Virus record (IMG/VR): IMGVR_UViG_3300047994_000374
Location: 330,193 to 394,192 of that record
Strand: one strand, 5' to 3'
Length of the DNA: 64,000 nucleotides
Positions 1 to 8,261 of this stretch are shown here, piece after piece. Below the pieces are notes generated by a model. The model ran no database searches. It was not told the origin of the DNA and worked only from the letters and a program-made list of their open reading frames with translations. How positions within the stretch are numbered: position 1 is the stretch's first letter; each line of letters starts with the position of its first letter. Made by a program: the position numbers and the translations under genes.

Positions 1-102
1 TAGCTTACTTGCATCAATATTTACATGCGACGATGGAATGATGCCAAAGTTTGCGAAAATATGGCGAACGATTTCTTGTGTTAACTTGTTATTATGACTC
101 AT
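1..102 (-). CDS. hypothetical protein, 5' part (runs off window)
   Basis: ATG at 102 overlaps the TGA of the 99..407 gene (ATGA); open to window edge (MSHNNKLTQEIVRHIF...). Confidence 0.6.
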   Translation of the reverse strand, partial: MSHNNKLTQEIVRHIFANFGIIPSSHVNIDASKL

Positions 103-407
103 CGTTTAATTTGCCCTATGAGTTGTTTAAAATCAGGAAGCTTAAAATCTAATACAGGTAGCTTACTTTCAGAATTTTTAATATAAGATTCAAAATCAAA
201 CACATCACCTGTACTTCTACGACGAGAAAGTTCTTCCATGCAAATAACTGTTATCTCTTGATTAAATCCGAAATATCGATCGCAAACAATCATTTCACAT
301 AATTTTTCTGAACCATAAGTTTGGATGTTTGATTTAATTTTTTCGACATCCAATTTTACTTCTTCATCAGGAGTATCTACTAAGTATTCTTCAAAACTAT
401 TTTTCAT
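99..407 (-). CDS. hypothetical protein
   Basis: 102-aa ORF with ATGA overlaps at both ends. Confidence 0.75.
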   Translation of the reverse strand: MKNSFEEYLVDTPDEEVKLDVEKIKSNIQTYGSEKLCEMIVCDRYFGFNQEITVICMEELSRRRSTGDVFDFESYIKNSESKLPVLDFKLPDFKQLIGQIKR

Positions 408-775
408 GATTTTTTAATTTCCCAATATGTTTCCATTTTTACCTTCAATACTGCAAATTTTTTACTAAATACTTTCTTATTGGCACCATGAGTAAAAAAC
501 CAAAGTCGCATTCGCCAAAACAATGGCTTTACATTTAAAACTCTTCCAAGTACCAATAACTCCCTTACGGCTTTGAAAATATATTTGACAGTCAAAGATA
601 CGGCAGATTTATCAACGAGTGGATATCTGGCACAAACTCTTTCTACCAAATCAGTATTGTAATAAAGTGAAATTGGATAATTATTATTTAATAAATCAGC
701 CATTTCCTGCCTCGAATAACCATCAAAGTGAAATGTCTTTGTTTTTATTTTTTTATATCGTCTTGGCCAAAACAT
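404..775 (-). CDS. basic protein, possibly HU/IHF-like DNA-binding fold
   Basis: Segment TDLVERVCARYPLVDKSAVSLTVKYIFKAVRELLVLGRVLNVK resembles the HU/IHF helix1-helix2-beta pattern; preceded by GATATATAG motif. Confidence 0.45.
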   Translation of the reverse strand: MFWPRRYKKIKTKTFHFDGYSRQEMADLLNNNYPISLYYNTDLVERVCARYPLVDKSAVSLTVKYIFKAVRELLVLGRVLNVKPLFWRMRLWFFTHGANKKVFSKKFAVLKVKMETYWEIKKS

Positions 776-825
776 CTTTGAAACCTATATATCCAACCCA
801 GTAATATTTTTGTATTTTACTTAAG

Positions 826-1287
826 ATGGAAAAAGCCGTTAAAATCGCTTCACTTTATATAGCCACTTTAAGGGCAATGTCAATCATACATCAGTCTAAC
901 CACTGGAAATCAAAGGGTAATTCTTTTTATGGGCACCATTTGCTTTTTGAGCGTATTTACAACTCGGCATTAGAAAATTTAGATTTAGCAGCTGAAAAAT
1001 TTGTAGGATTATTTGGAGAAGAGTGTTTGGATTATCAATTTCAAAATAAACTTATTTTTGGCGTTTTATCTGAATACAACGATTTATCCGAAAAACCTTT
1101 TGAACAATCGCTTACTATCGAAAAAGCATTTTTAAAATTGTCCGCAGGTGCATACGACGCTTTTGATGATGAAGACAAATTATCATTGGGATTGGATGAT
1201 TTTTTAATGAAAGTCGCGAGTGAACGAGAAGAAGCAGTTTATTTACTACAACAAACCATGAAACCAAAAACTAAGGACTCCAAATGA
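826..1287 (+). CDS. Dps/ferritin-like protein
   Basis: HQSNHWKSKGNSFYGHHLLFERIY matches the Dps ferroxidase motif HW..G..F...H..FE..Y, followed by D..AE. Confidence 0.75.
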   Translation: MEKAVKIASLYIATLRAMSIIHQSNHWKSKGNSFYGHHLLFERIYNSALENLDLAAEKFVGLFGEECLDYQFQNKLIFGVLSEYNDLSEKPFEQSLTIEKAFLKLSAGAYDAFDDEDKLSLGLDDFLMKVASEREEAVYLLQQTMKPKTKDSK

Positions 1288-1616
1288 GCGACAAGAAAAT
1301 CATCGAAAAACTTCTCAAAATTGCAAGCAACCAACAAAAAATTATTGAAAAGCTGGCTCAAGCAATCCAACCTACAGTTGTTGATCCGCTTGCACTTTAT
1401 CTTAAAAGTGGTTTAGCTCAAGTAGCCGGTCTAAATATGGGTTTGAATGATGTTAATGTTCTTAAAGTAGATAAAACCCCAGAAGAAACTTACATGATGC
1501 ACATAACCGGCGTTCCAATTCCAAAACGCCAAAATTTCGTTCAAGTTATGATGAAACAGCTTGTTACCCAAAAGCCAGAGCTTGAAGGTAAAGTCGGTTA
1601 TATTTTTGCTGACTGA
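1284..1616 (+). CDS. hypothetical protein
   Basis: 110-aa ORF, ATGA-coupled to the Dps-like gene. Confidence 0.75.
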   Translation: MSDKKIIEKLLKIASNQQKIIEKLAQAIQPTVVDPLALYLKSGLAQVAGLNMGLNDVNVLKVDKTPEETYMMHITGVPIPKRQNFVQVMMKQLVTQKPELEGKVGYIFAD

Positions 1617-1924
1617 ATTAAATCAGCATACTTTTTGTCAAGGTTAATAGCATTTCTTTGTTGAAGTGCCGCCTGAAGACTATCATACACATTGATATCT
1701 TCTACAAGAGATAGATTTGTAATTGCCAGCATCACTTCGCCAAGTGCTCTTGATTTAAGTCCTTTTAAATCCGTCTCTGGAATTTCATATTTAGATGAAA
1801 TAACTTTGTAAAGCTTTAACTTCATGAGTAATTCATCAACTATAGAGTCTGGATTACTATTAGTTGTTTGGTTATCCTTATGGTAAGATTCGCACTCAGT
1901 CCAAAGCGTTTCGAAGTGTTTCAT
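1598..1924 (-). CDS. hypothetical protein (weak MazG-like helical pattern)
   Basis: 108-aa ORF; ALGEVMLAITNLS resembles a degenerate MazG E.GD helix. Confidence 0.6.
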   Translation of the reverse strand: MKHFETLWTECESYHKDNQTTNSNPDSIVDELLMKLKLYKVISSKYEIPETDLKGLKSRALGEVMLAITNLSLVEDINVYDSLQAALQQRNAINLDKKYADLIQSAKI

Positions 1925-2124
1925 TAATCTTGGTCTCGTGTTTCTTTTTTATCCATTGAAGTAATTTGTAATTGTTGCGATCCATCTTCTGATACGAAGA
2001 TTAAGAATGTGACGCCCCTTGAACAATCAATAAGGACCGGCGCCTCTAATTTTCCTACATAAAAAATATTCTTTTGACTGTCGGTTCGTGGTCGTAAATC
2101 TATTGTTAAATTTTTTCCTGACAT
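1924..2124 (-). CDS. hypothetical protein
   Basis: 66-aa ORF with AAGGAA SD and a TAATG overlap with the next gene. Confidence 0.7.
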   Translation of the reverse strand: MSGKNLTIDLRPRTDSQKNIFYVGKLEAPVLIDCSRGVTFLIFVSEDGSQQLQITSMDKKETRDQD

Positions 2125-2137
2125 TTATTATTTTCCT

Positions 2138-2668
2138 TTATGATTTCTTTGCTGGGAATATTAACATTGACATCATTTTGCCTTCGATAATGATGTTTGG
2201 GTTAGTTGCGATTAATCCTTGCAACTGATCTAATGCCCATTGCATTTTTTCGCGACCGATATCTTGATGCGTAATTTCTCTTCCACGAAATTTACAAATA
2301 ACCTTGATTTTATGCCCATCTTGCAAAAAGCTCTTAGCCTGCTCTAACTTATGCGTAAGATCATTAATATCAGTATTGGGGCGAAAACTAATTTCTTTTA
2401 GAAGTTGAGTTGGTTGATTTTTTTTAGCTTCTTGTTGCTGTTTTTTTTCTGTATATTTTAATTTTCCGTAATTTGTAATACGGGCGACTGGTGGGGAAGC
2501 CTTAGGATTTATTTCAACGAGATCAAGATTTTGCTCTCGTGCCATCTTTAAGGCTTCGAATGTTTGAATAACTCCAAGGCTCGATCCATCATCTAAAACT
2601 ACTCGAACCTCTGGAACTCTAATTTGACCGTTAATACGAACTCGTTTCTGATTATTATTTTGTTGCAA
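2138..2668 (-). CDS. infC: translation initiation factor IF-3
   Basis: RINGQIRVPEVRVV, LDLVEINPKASPPVARI.NYGK.KY, KEISFRP.TD..D..HK, FRGRE: both IF3 domains; TTG start. Confidence 0.95.
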   Translation of the reverse strand: MQQNNNQKRVRINGQIRVPEVRVVLDDGSSLGVIQTFEALKMAREQNLDLVEINPKASPPVARITNYGKLKYTEKKQQQEAKKNQPTQLLKEISFRPNTDINDLTHKLEQAKSFLQDGHKIKVICKFRGREITHQDIGREKMQWALDQLQGLIATNPNIIIEGKMMSMLIFPAKKS

Positions 2669-3002
2669 GTGTGCCGTTTGCCTTTCCTGTGATTATTTTA
2701 TATATTTCCTCATCTGTAGAATACGAATGAGCTTTATCTTCATGTAAAAAAGTTAAAATCTTACTGCCACTATTCATACAAGCGATCCAAAAACTTTCGC
2801 TTGCAATATTAAAATAGATCGCAACCCCACCTAAAACATCAAGACTTGTCTCAGTGGCAATGTGCAATGAGTCAAGCCATTTTAATATTCCATTAGCATT
2901 TGTTATGGCAATCATACTTGGTTCAGGATCATTTTCTTCAAGTGTATCTATCTCAAGATTTACAATATCTGGATGAATTTTTAATGTAGAATGTAAGTCC
3001 AT
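2655..3002 (-). CDS. hypothetical protein
   Basis: 115-aa ORF downstream of a sigma70-like TTGACA at about 3032-3037. Confidence 0.7.
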   Translation of the reverse strand: MDLHSTLKIHPDIVNLEIDTLEENDPEPSMIAITNANGILKWLDSLHIATETSLDVLGGVAIYFNIASESFWIACMNSGSKILTFLHEDKAHSYSTDEEIYKIITGKANGTLATK

Positions 3003-3039
3003 TTAGTTAAAAATAATCATTACGATTGATTTGTCAATG

Positions 3040-3258
3040 TTAAAGTGGTGATTCTTTCAATGCTTGTGATAGTTTATAGATCAATTTATACATTTTTGAT
3101 TGAAGCTCTTCCGTTGATAATCCGGAAGTGTCGCTCGCCGTTTTTTGAAGTCCTGATGCATGACGACCTTCCAATTCATCGCGAATATCTGAAATTTCTT
3201 TTTTCAACTCATTTGCAGTCTTTTTCATTCTTGTACTCGTGATGGTCCAAAAATCCAT
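3040..3258 (-). CDS. hypothetical protein (start probably the later MKKTA)
   Basis: Short coiled-coil ORF; an internal ATG overlaps the upstream stop (ATGA at 3225-3228). Confidence 0.6.
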   Translation of the reverse strand: MDFWTITSTRMKKTANELKKEISDIRDELEGRHASGLQKTASDTSGLSTEELQSKMYKLIYKLSQALKESPL

Positions 3259-3473
3259 TTAGCTACGCCCCAAAGAAAATATAACTTATTCAAAAGTCCA
3301 ACTGGAACTCCAAGAAAATTAATGTTTTTAATATTTACGCATTTAATTTCATGTTGGGGTTCGACAGTTGGTTGCATCTTTACAACTGCTGGTTCCCAAT
3401 GCTTGCTTAAAATAATTGCATTCACACCATCAATCACAAACTCACCATCTTTTTTAAAAGTCATTAGTGTCAT
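3225..3473 (-). CDS. hypothetical protein
   Basis: 82-aa ORF with GGAG SD and GATATAT motif upstream. Confidence 0.7.
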   Translation of the reverse strand: MTLMTFKKDGEFVIDGVNAIILSKHWEPAVVKMQPTVEPQHEIKCVNIKNINFLGVPVGLLNKLYFLWGVAKWIFGPSRVQE

Positions 3474-3511
3474 ATTTTATATCTCCAACTAATAATATAT
3501 CGAGTAATTAG

Positions 3512-3585
3512 TGCCCTTTGAGAATTTCGAAATCTCGCAACACATCCTGTTAGAAGGGACGGCTCTGCCTCTGAGCTAAAAGGGC
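3512..3585 (-). tRNA. tRNA with CUA anticodon (amber-suppressor-like), non-canonical
   Basis: Cloverleaf GCCCTTT/AAAGGGC acceptor (7/7 bp), GCTC/GAGC D-stem, anticodon arm GTCCC-TTCTAAC-AGGAT (C31.A39 mismatch), T-loop TTCGAAA (U53.U61 mismatch), discriminator A, no encoded CCA. Confidence 0.8.
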
Positions 3586-3596
3586 TTACGCTATAT

Positions 3597-3624
3597 AATT
3601 TATATCTTATATAGCTATTGTCAA
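3597..3624 (-). promoter_or_regulatory. sigma70-like promoter for the tRNA
   Basis: TTGACA-N16-TAAATT ending 11 nt before the tRNA 5' end. Confidence 0.5.
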
Positions 3625-3625
3625 G

Positions 3626-3958
3626 TTATGCAAAAGCTAACTTTAAACATTTACAAAAAATTTTACTATTTTCTCCTGGTTCTAAACAAATAGCAGTTAA
3701 GCTATCATCCAAATCTTCCTCTTGAAAATGAGCCCTTTTAATACCCAAATTGATGGCTTTATCATATAATTCTTCTAAAATTTCTTCATTTTCAACACTC
3801 AATAAACAAATATAATTAGAACTCAGATACCACTCATTTGTTATTTCAGGGTGGCGAATCGCAAAAGCCATTTGCGCGTGCATCGCTTGAACAGCCATTT
3901 GGCCAGGACTTAAATCTTTTCTTACGATCACATAAAGTTTATCGCCTTTATTGATCAT
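3626..3958 (-). CDS. peptidyl-tRNA hydrolase Pth2-like protein (PTRHD1-type)
   Basis: KLYVIVRKDLSPGQMAVQAMHA...F.E.DL...LTAICLEP is the PTH2-like fold; the canonical Lys of GK.AAQ is Gln here. Confidence 0.8.
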   Translation of the reverse strand: MINKGDKLYVIVRKDLSPGQMAVQAMHAQMAFAIRHPEITNEWYLSSNYICLLSVENEEILEELYDKAINLGIKRAHFQEEDLDDSLTAICLEPGENSKIFCKCLKLAFA

Positions 3959-3969
3959 CTACGAAATGC

Positions 3970-4422
3970 TCATTCGATACCTAACCAAGCTTCAATTTCT
4001 TCCGTTTTAATTTTTGTCCATCCACAAAGTTCTTTTATAATTTCATAAATAGATCGAGCTTGTGGTTTATTATTTGGGTCGCATTTAATTTCTACTGTTT
4101 TGTATGGTCGCCCTTTAAGAAACATATAGGCAAGCAATGTATGCCGCGCGCTGAAAGATAAATGTAGATTTAATTGCTGAAGTGTAGGTATATCAGCAGA
4201 TATCTCTTTCTGTTGCATACAAACAAGTTTTTGGCGAATATGTTTGATGGAATGTATGTATCCATGTAGCCTATTTTGATAGCTAAATTTTTCCCATCTC
4301 CTGGTTTTAAAATAAGGGATTTTTACGGGTTCAACTGCCTTAGTCTCTATGACCTCTACTGCAGGACTAACTGTTTCTGATTTAAAAATTTCCTTTATTG
4401 CACTTAACATTTGTTTCTCCAT
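3970..4422 (-). CDS. hypothetical protein upstream of Pth2-like gene
   Basis: 150-aa ORF with basic motif ARHTLLAYMFLKGRPY..VE. Confidence 0.8.
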   Translation of the reverse strand: MEKQMLSAIKEIFKSETVSPAVEVIETKAVEPVKIPYFKTRRWEKFSYQNRLHGYIHSIKHIRQKLVCMQQKEISADIPTLQQLNLHLSFSARHTLLAYMFLKGRPYKTVEIKCDPNNKPQARSIYEIIKELCGWTKIKTEEIEAWLGIE

Positions 4423-4456
4423 AAATTATTGTGATTGGTTTAAAATTCTACAACAA

Positions 4457-4495
4457 TCATTGTGGAGGTGCTCGTGCGCTGTTCTATGAGTTCAT
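4457..4495 (-). promoter_or_regulatory. leader peptide ORF with internal amber codon and RAPP arrest motif (MNS*NSARAPPQ)
   Basis: ATG AAC TCA TAG AAC AGC GCA CGA GCA CCT CCA CAA TGA, starting 5 nt after the GATATATAGT motif and ending 34 nt before the next ATG. Confidence 0.7.
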
Positions 4496-4500
4496 GATTA

Positions 4501-4510
4501 ACTATATATC
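4501..4510 (-). promoter_or_regulatory. recurrent phage promoter-like motif GATATATAG(T), representative copy
   Basis: Same or near-identical motif lies shortly upstream of starts at about 785, 3494, 5293, 13598 (+), 17183, 17473, 18069, 18810, 19431, 24188, 32717 and 63279. Confidence 0.65.
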
Positions 4511-4516
4511 CTATTA

Positions 4517-5269
4517 TTATGTTTTTAAAATATTTTGTAAAAAGGAGTGATCCTTGGTAAAAATTGGAATATTCGAATTAATCGTCCATTTTTGTTTTTC
4601 TATACCATCTTTCTCATGATTAATTTTATAGCAAGCCGCCCCTCTTCGAAATATTTCTGGAAGTTCATTAAAATCAATATTACATTCTTGGAATAATAAA
4701 TCTTTTTTTTCATCTATATTTAGTCCGTTTAACATTTCTTTAATCGTATTTTTATCATATTTTTTAAGGAGCCCATAGATGCACGCAAACTGAATGGATG
4801 TTAAGAAATTCTGTTGTTGTTCATAAATAATCGTATTAATCGTTTCCGTGATATTTGGGACACTGAAAATTTGTGCAGTAAATATAGGATCTGTACTCAA
4901 ATTCAACTTAACCGTGGAGGCGCACTCATTAAAATGCAAAGTAGCAATCGAAGCTGCAACAGAACATATTTTTTGAATTTTACCATCAAACCATAATGTT
5001 GTATCTTCGTTTTGGTCATTTCGACAAACCAAAAGAATTTGGTCGTTATGAGTGTAGGCAAATATAACTCCTTCAATTTCAGTGCATAGTCGATGCATCG
5101 TAGATAAAAGGCATTCTGAAAATTTCTGATCGTAAGGCTTCTCAATGAGCTGTGTTATTTTAGAGAATGACCTTCCATTGAGATTTATTATAATAGGTAA
5201 TCGTCCCATTAACTTATAATCAGCATTTGACTTATAACTCTCTATTCTATCTCTTAACTTAACTACCAC
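4517..5269 (-). CDS. Thg1-like (tRNA-His guanylyltransferase family) protein, degenerate active site
   Basis: Alignable to Thg1 and to 41895..42647, but INLNGRSF replaces R.DG..F and HNDQI replaces QSDEI. Confidence 0.8.
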   Translation of the reverse strand: MVVKLRDRIESYKSNADYKLMGRLPIIINLNGRSFSKITQLIEKPYDQKFSECLLSTMHRLCTEIEGVIFAYTHNDQILLVCRNDQNEDTTLWFDGKIQKICSVAASIATLHFNECASTVKLNLSTDPIFTAQIFSVPNITETINTIIYEQQQNFLTSIQFACIYGLLKKYDKNTIKEMLNGLNIDEKKDLLFQECNIDFNELPEIFRRGAACYKINHEKDGIEKQKWTINSNIPIFTKDHSFLQNILKT

Positions 5270-5449
5270 TATTCACTTCTCTTTCTTACTAACTATATAT
5301 CCATCCAAACAGATAGACCTCACACATAACAAAAACGCCCTAAGGAGATAAGCTTAGGTTGATCTGACACTTCTTAGATAATTATCCTAATTTGATCTGG
5401 GGTTTTGAACAACTTTTAAAAATCTACTTTGCACCATAAATCAACCACT

Positions 5450-6019
5450 TCAACTTTGAATGGAACTGGACTGAAGTTGAGTTAAACTATTTTTTATAGT
5501 TTGTATTAAATCATTATTACCTGGCATCTGCTGTGCGACCAGTCCAGTTTGTTCTACGCCTGAAATTTGATTTAAATTACTCGAATTCATTAGAGTGCTC
5601 GTCCAACTTGATATTTGTTGCGCTTGAACGGCTTGTTGAAAGGCATTACCCGAATTAAGCAGCGTTTTATAAACTTGCTGGAAAAATAACATTGTATTTT
5701 TTGTATTCGGATCGGGAAAGGCACTGGGATCGAAAGAAAAGTTGGCGTTTTTGAGCTTTTGAAAATTGTATTGCCCCATCGTTTGCTGATTTACGATACC
5801 ACTTAATCGGGCAACCAAATTATTAATAATTTCAACTTGATGTGGATTATAGCCTTTCAATAGGGTTGGCATCAAATCACTTGCGGCTCCAGAGCCATCG
5901 GCAGGCGCTTTTGCTGCAGCCGTAGGGGTTGTGGTAGTTTGAGCTATTTTGCGCAATATTCGTAGTCTTAATGTTCTATTCACGATAACAATAATACGGA
6001 TAAAATAGCTCATTGACAA
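5450..6019 (-). CDS. hypothetical Q/N/T-rich protein (start probably GTG near 5983)
   Basis: Long ORF with RKIAQ followed by a T/A-rich linker. Confidence 0.7.
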   Translation of the reverse strand: MSMSYFIRIIVIVNRTLRLRILRKIAQTTTTPTAAAKAPADGSGAASDLMPTLLKGYNPHQVEIINNLVARLSGIVNQQTMGQYNFQKLKNANFSFDPSAFPDPNTKNTMLFFQQVYKTLLNSGNAFQQAVQAQQISSWTSTLMNSSNLNQISGVEQTGLVAQQMPGNNDLIQTIKNSLTQLQSSSIQS

Positions 6020-6042
6020 TACAAATTTTAGAGGTTATCATG
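6014..6042 (+). promoter_or_regulatory. sigma70-like promoter
   Basis: TTGACA-N17-TATCAT upstream of the 6093 ORF. Confidence 0.65.
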
Positions 6043-6092
6043 GTAGATGCGGCAAATTAACCATTCAACAATTCGCCATTAAAGAGAATATT

Positions 6093-6803
6093 ATGAAATA
6101 CGAAAACGGAATAATAACATTAGATATCAATGACTTAAAGAGGCTTCCTGTTAGAATTCGTGGCGGTATGCTATCTACATTCGTCAATCAAGGGGAATTA
6201 TCTGCTATTGACCGAGATAATTTAATTTTGAATATTGGACTGGTTTCAAAACGCATAGGGGACTTTAGATTTTTTAATGGCAAAGGAAAAATCCCAATTA
6301 CTTATAACGCTCCATGCGATCGGTGCCATACAACCAGGCGAAAGATGATTACACCAACTGAATATCGTTTGGTTTTTTATCCCAAAGACCCCGTAGGAGC
6401 GGCGGAACATATTTGTATTAAATGCATTACGAAAGAAGAAGTTAGTAATTTGCCTCCGGGATTTCAGAGACAATATTATAAAATTGCAGGGGATTACGGC
6501 ATTTCTGATCTTCCAGCCGATGTCGTTCAAAATATTGAGAAGTATTTGTTGGAATGTCGAGCCCAAAGACTAACGAAAATCCCAATCATTGATATTGGGC
6601 TTATTGCAAAAATGGATACGAAAAGTTGTGGATGGGGTTCTGTAAAAAGAGTTTGTAATGATTTAGGGTGGTTTCGATTTACAAAAAAGGGAACTCATGC
6701 GGCGGTAAAGCAACATCGTAAAGTGATTGCCGCCTATGCAGACCATCTGGCGATTGAGGATGAACTTGAAATGGCACCAGAGTCTTCCACAAATCAATCC
6801 TAA
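6093..6803 (+). CDS. hypothetical protein with CxxC...CxxC zinc-binding motif
   Basis: 236-aa ORF, CDRC...CIKC, own sigma70-like promoter. Confidence 0.75.
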   Translation: MKYENGIITLDINDLKRLPVRIRGGMLSTFVNQGELSAIDRDNLILNIGLVSKRIGDFRFFNGKGKIPITYNAPCDRCHTTRRKMITPTEYRLVFYPKDPVGAAEHICIKCITKEEVSNLPPGFQRQYYKIAGDYGISDLPADVVQNIEKYLLECRAQRLTKIPIIDIGLIAKMDTKSCGWGSVKRVCNDLGWFRFTKKGTHAAVKQHRKVIAAYADHLAIEDELEMAPESSTNQS

Positions 6804-6877
6804 CGCGTTTGTTTATGGAAATCGTAGGAGCAGGTCAATTTAAATTTCAGAGCCCTCAAAAATCAATCTGGTCGGTT

Positions 6878-7585
6878 TTATACATTTAATATGGAGTTCC
6901 TTAAATATTCGGAAGGCGTACCTAAAACAATGGTTTCTTTTTCACTATAGTTTTTACTAACGGATATCTGTTTATGATTATTAATTAATTTTTTATATAT
7001 TTCGCTGATATAATTTTCATTTTCATAATTGTCCAAGAAAAGTTCGGATGAAGAAAATCCATATAATCCGGACGTTGCCAAATCAGATATTAATACTTTT
7101 TCCGAAATCTCACTCACCATATTGTTTTTAAGTAAAACATAACTGTAATCATGATTATTAGAGTTGAAAACATCTATATGTCCATCATATTTTTTTAATG
7201 TTTCTTTAATGGCTTCAACATCACGGTTATAAAGAATTGTATCTATATTATGAAAAATAATAGGTCCATGCAATTTGTGGAATTTTTCGACTTCAGAAAT
7301 ACCTAAAAAAGCGGATTGAGCTTGTCCATTAGTATCTGGCAGCTGAATTAAATTTTTATCATCAATCTTATAGTAAAGCATTATCTTTTTAAGATGACTA
7401 AAAAAATCACTATCCGCTTTATTTACAATTAAAAATACATTTTCGATTGATTTTGATTTTAATAATTCATTAAGTATTTCTGATAAAATAGTTCGATTGC
7501 CCCAAGGAAGTAAATATTTTGGTAGCTTATAGCCTTCATTTTTAAATCTGGAATATTTGCCCGCCATCGTTAAAATTAAATTCAT
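6878..7585 (-). CDS. sugar-phosphate nucleotidyltransferase (GT-A/NTP transferase)
   Basis: LILTMAGKYSRF...PKYLL, T.GQA, N.D, ISEK..IS..ATSGLY.F, LGTP.EY. Confidence 0.85.
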   Translation of the reverse strand: MNLILTMAGKYSRFKNEGYKLPKYLLPWGNRTILSEILNELLKSKSIENVFLIVNKADSDFFSHLKKIMLYYKIDDKNLIQLPDTNGQAQSAFLGISEVEKFHKLHGPIIFHNIDTILYNRDVEAIKETLKKYDGHIDVFNSNNHDYSYVLLKNNMVSEISEKVLISDLATSGLYGFSSSELFLDNYENENYISEIYKKLINNHKQISVSKNYSEKETIVLGTPSEYLRNSILNV

Positions 7586-7586
7586 T

Positions 7587-8261
7587 TTAGTGCCATTCGC
7601 AAGTTGGAAAAATTGTTACGGTCTTTAATACAACATTTGGTGGAAGTTTTGAAATATAATCAATCATATTCACAATATCAGTTGTTTGTAATAATTCTGA
7701 TGTATTGCCCGAATAAGGGTTAGTATTATTCCATAAAGGAGTGTTAATTCCACCGGGGCATATGGTGCTTATTTTAATATTTTTTTGAATGAGTTCTTGA
7801 TTTAGAGACTCGGCAAACCCATTGATACCATATTTTGATGAGCTGTAAATGGATTGCTTTTCTATTCCGTGTGTTCCCGAAACCGAACCAATGTTTATAA
7901 TTCTTCCAGCACACATTAACTTCATCGTCTCAAATGTACAATAAATAGTTCCCTTCAAGTTGGTATCGATAATATCATCCATTTCTTCAATTGTAAAATC
8001 TTGGAATGATTTTTGTTTAAAAATGGAAGCATTATTAATCAATAAATCTATTTTTGGTAAAATATCTTTTATTTTACTAAATGATTTCGATACAGATTTA
8101 TATTTTCTTATATCCGTTTTAATGTAATAGAAGTTTTTATTTAAAATGTTTGGTTGGGCTCGCGATAAACCAAAAACAATCCAGTCATTGGATAAAAAAT
8201 GTTCAGCTGCGCTCCGTCCAACACCGCTTGACACACCAGTTATGACAACTACTTTATTCAT
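7587..8261 (-). CDS. short-chain dehydrogenase/reductase
   Basis: TGVSSGVG Rossmann motif, LINNA, catalytic YSSSK, CPGGINT. Confidence 0.92.
   Translation of the reverse strand: MNKVVVITGVSSGVGRSAAEHFLSNDWIVFGLSRAQPNILNKNFYYIKTDIRKYKSVSKSFSKIKDILPKIDLLINNASIFKQKSFQDFTIEEMDDIIDTNLKGTIYCTFETMKLMCAGRIINIGSVSGTHGIEKQSIYSSSKYGINGFAESLNQELIQKNIKISTICPGGINTPLWNNTNPYSGNTSELLQTTDIVNMIDYISKLPPNVVLKTVTIFPTCEWH

Noticed and set aside
5354-5437. Second TAG-containing mini-ORF (MVQSRFLKVVQNPRSN*DNYLRSVRST)
   Set aside because: No recognisable motif, promoter box or clear SD; consistent with chance
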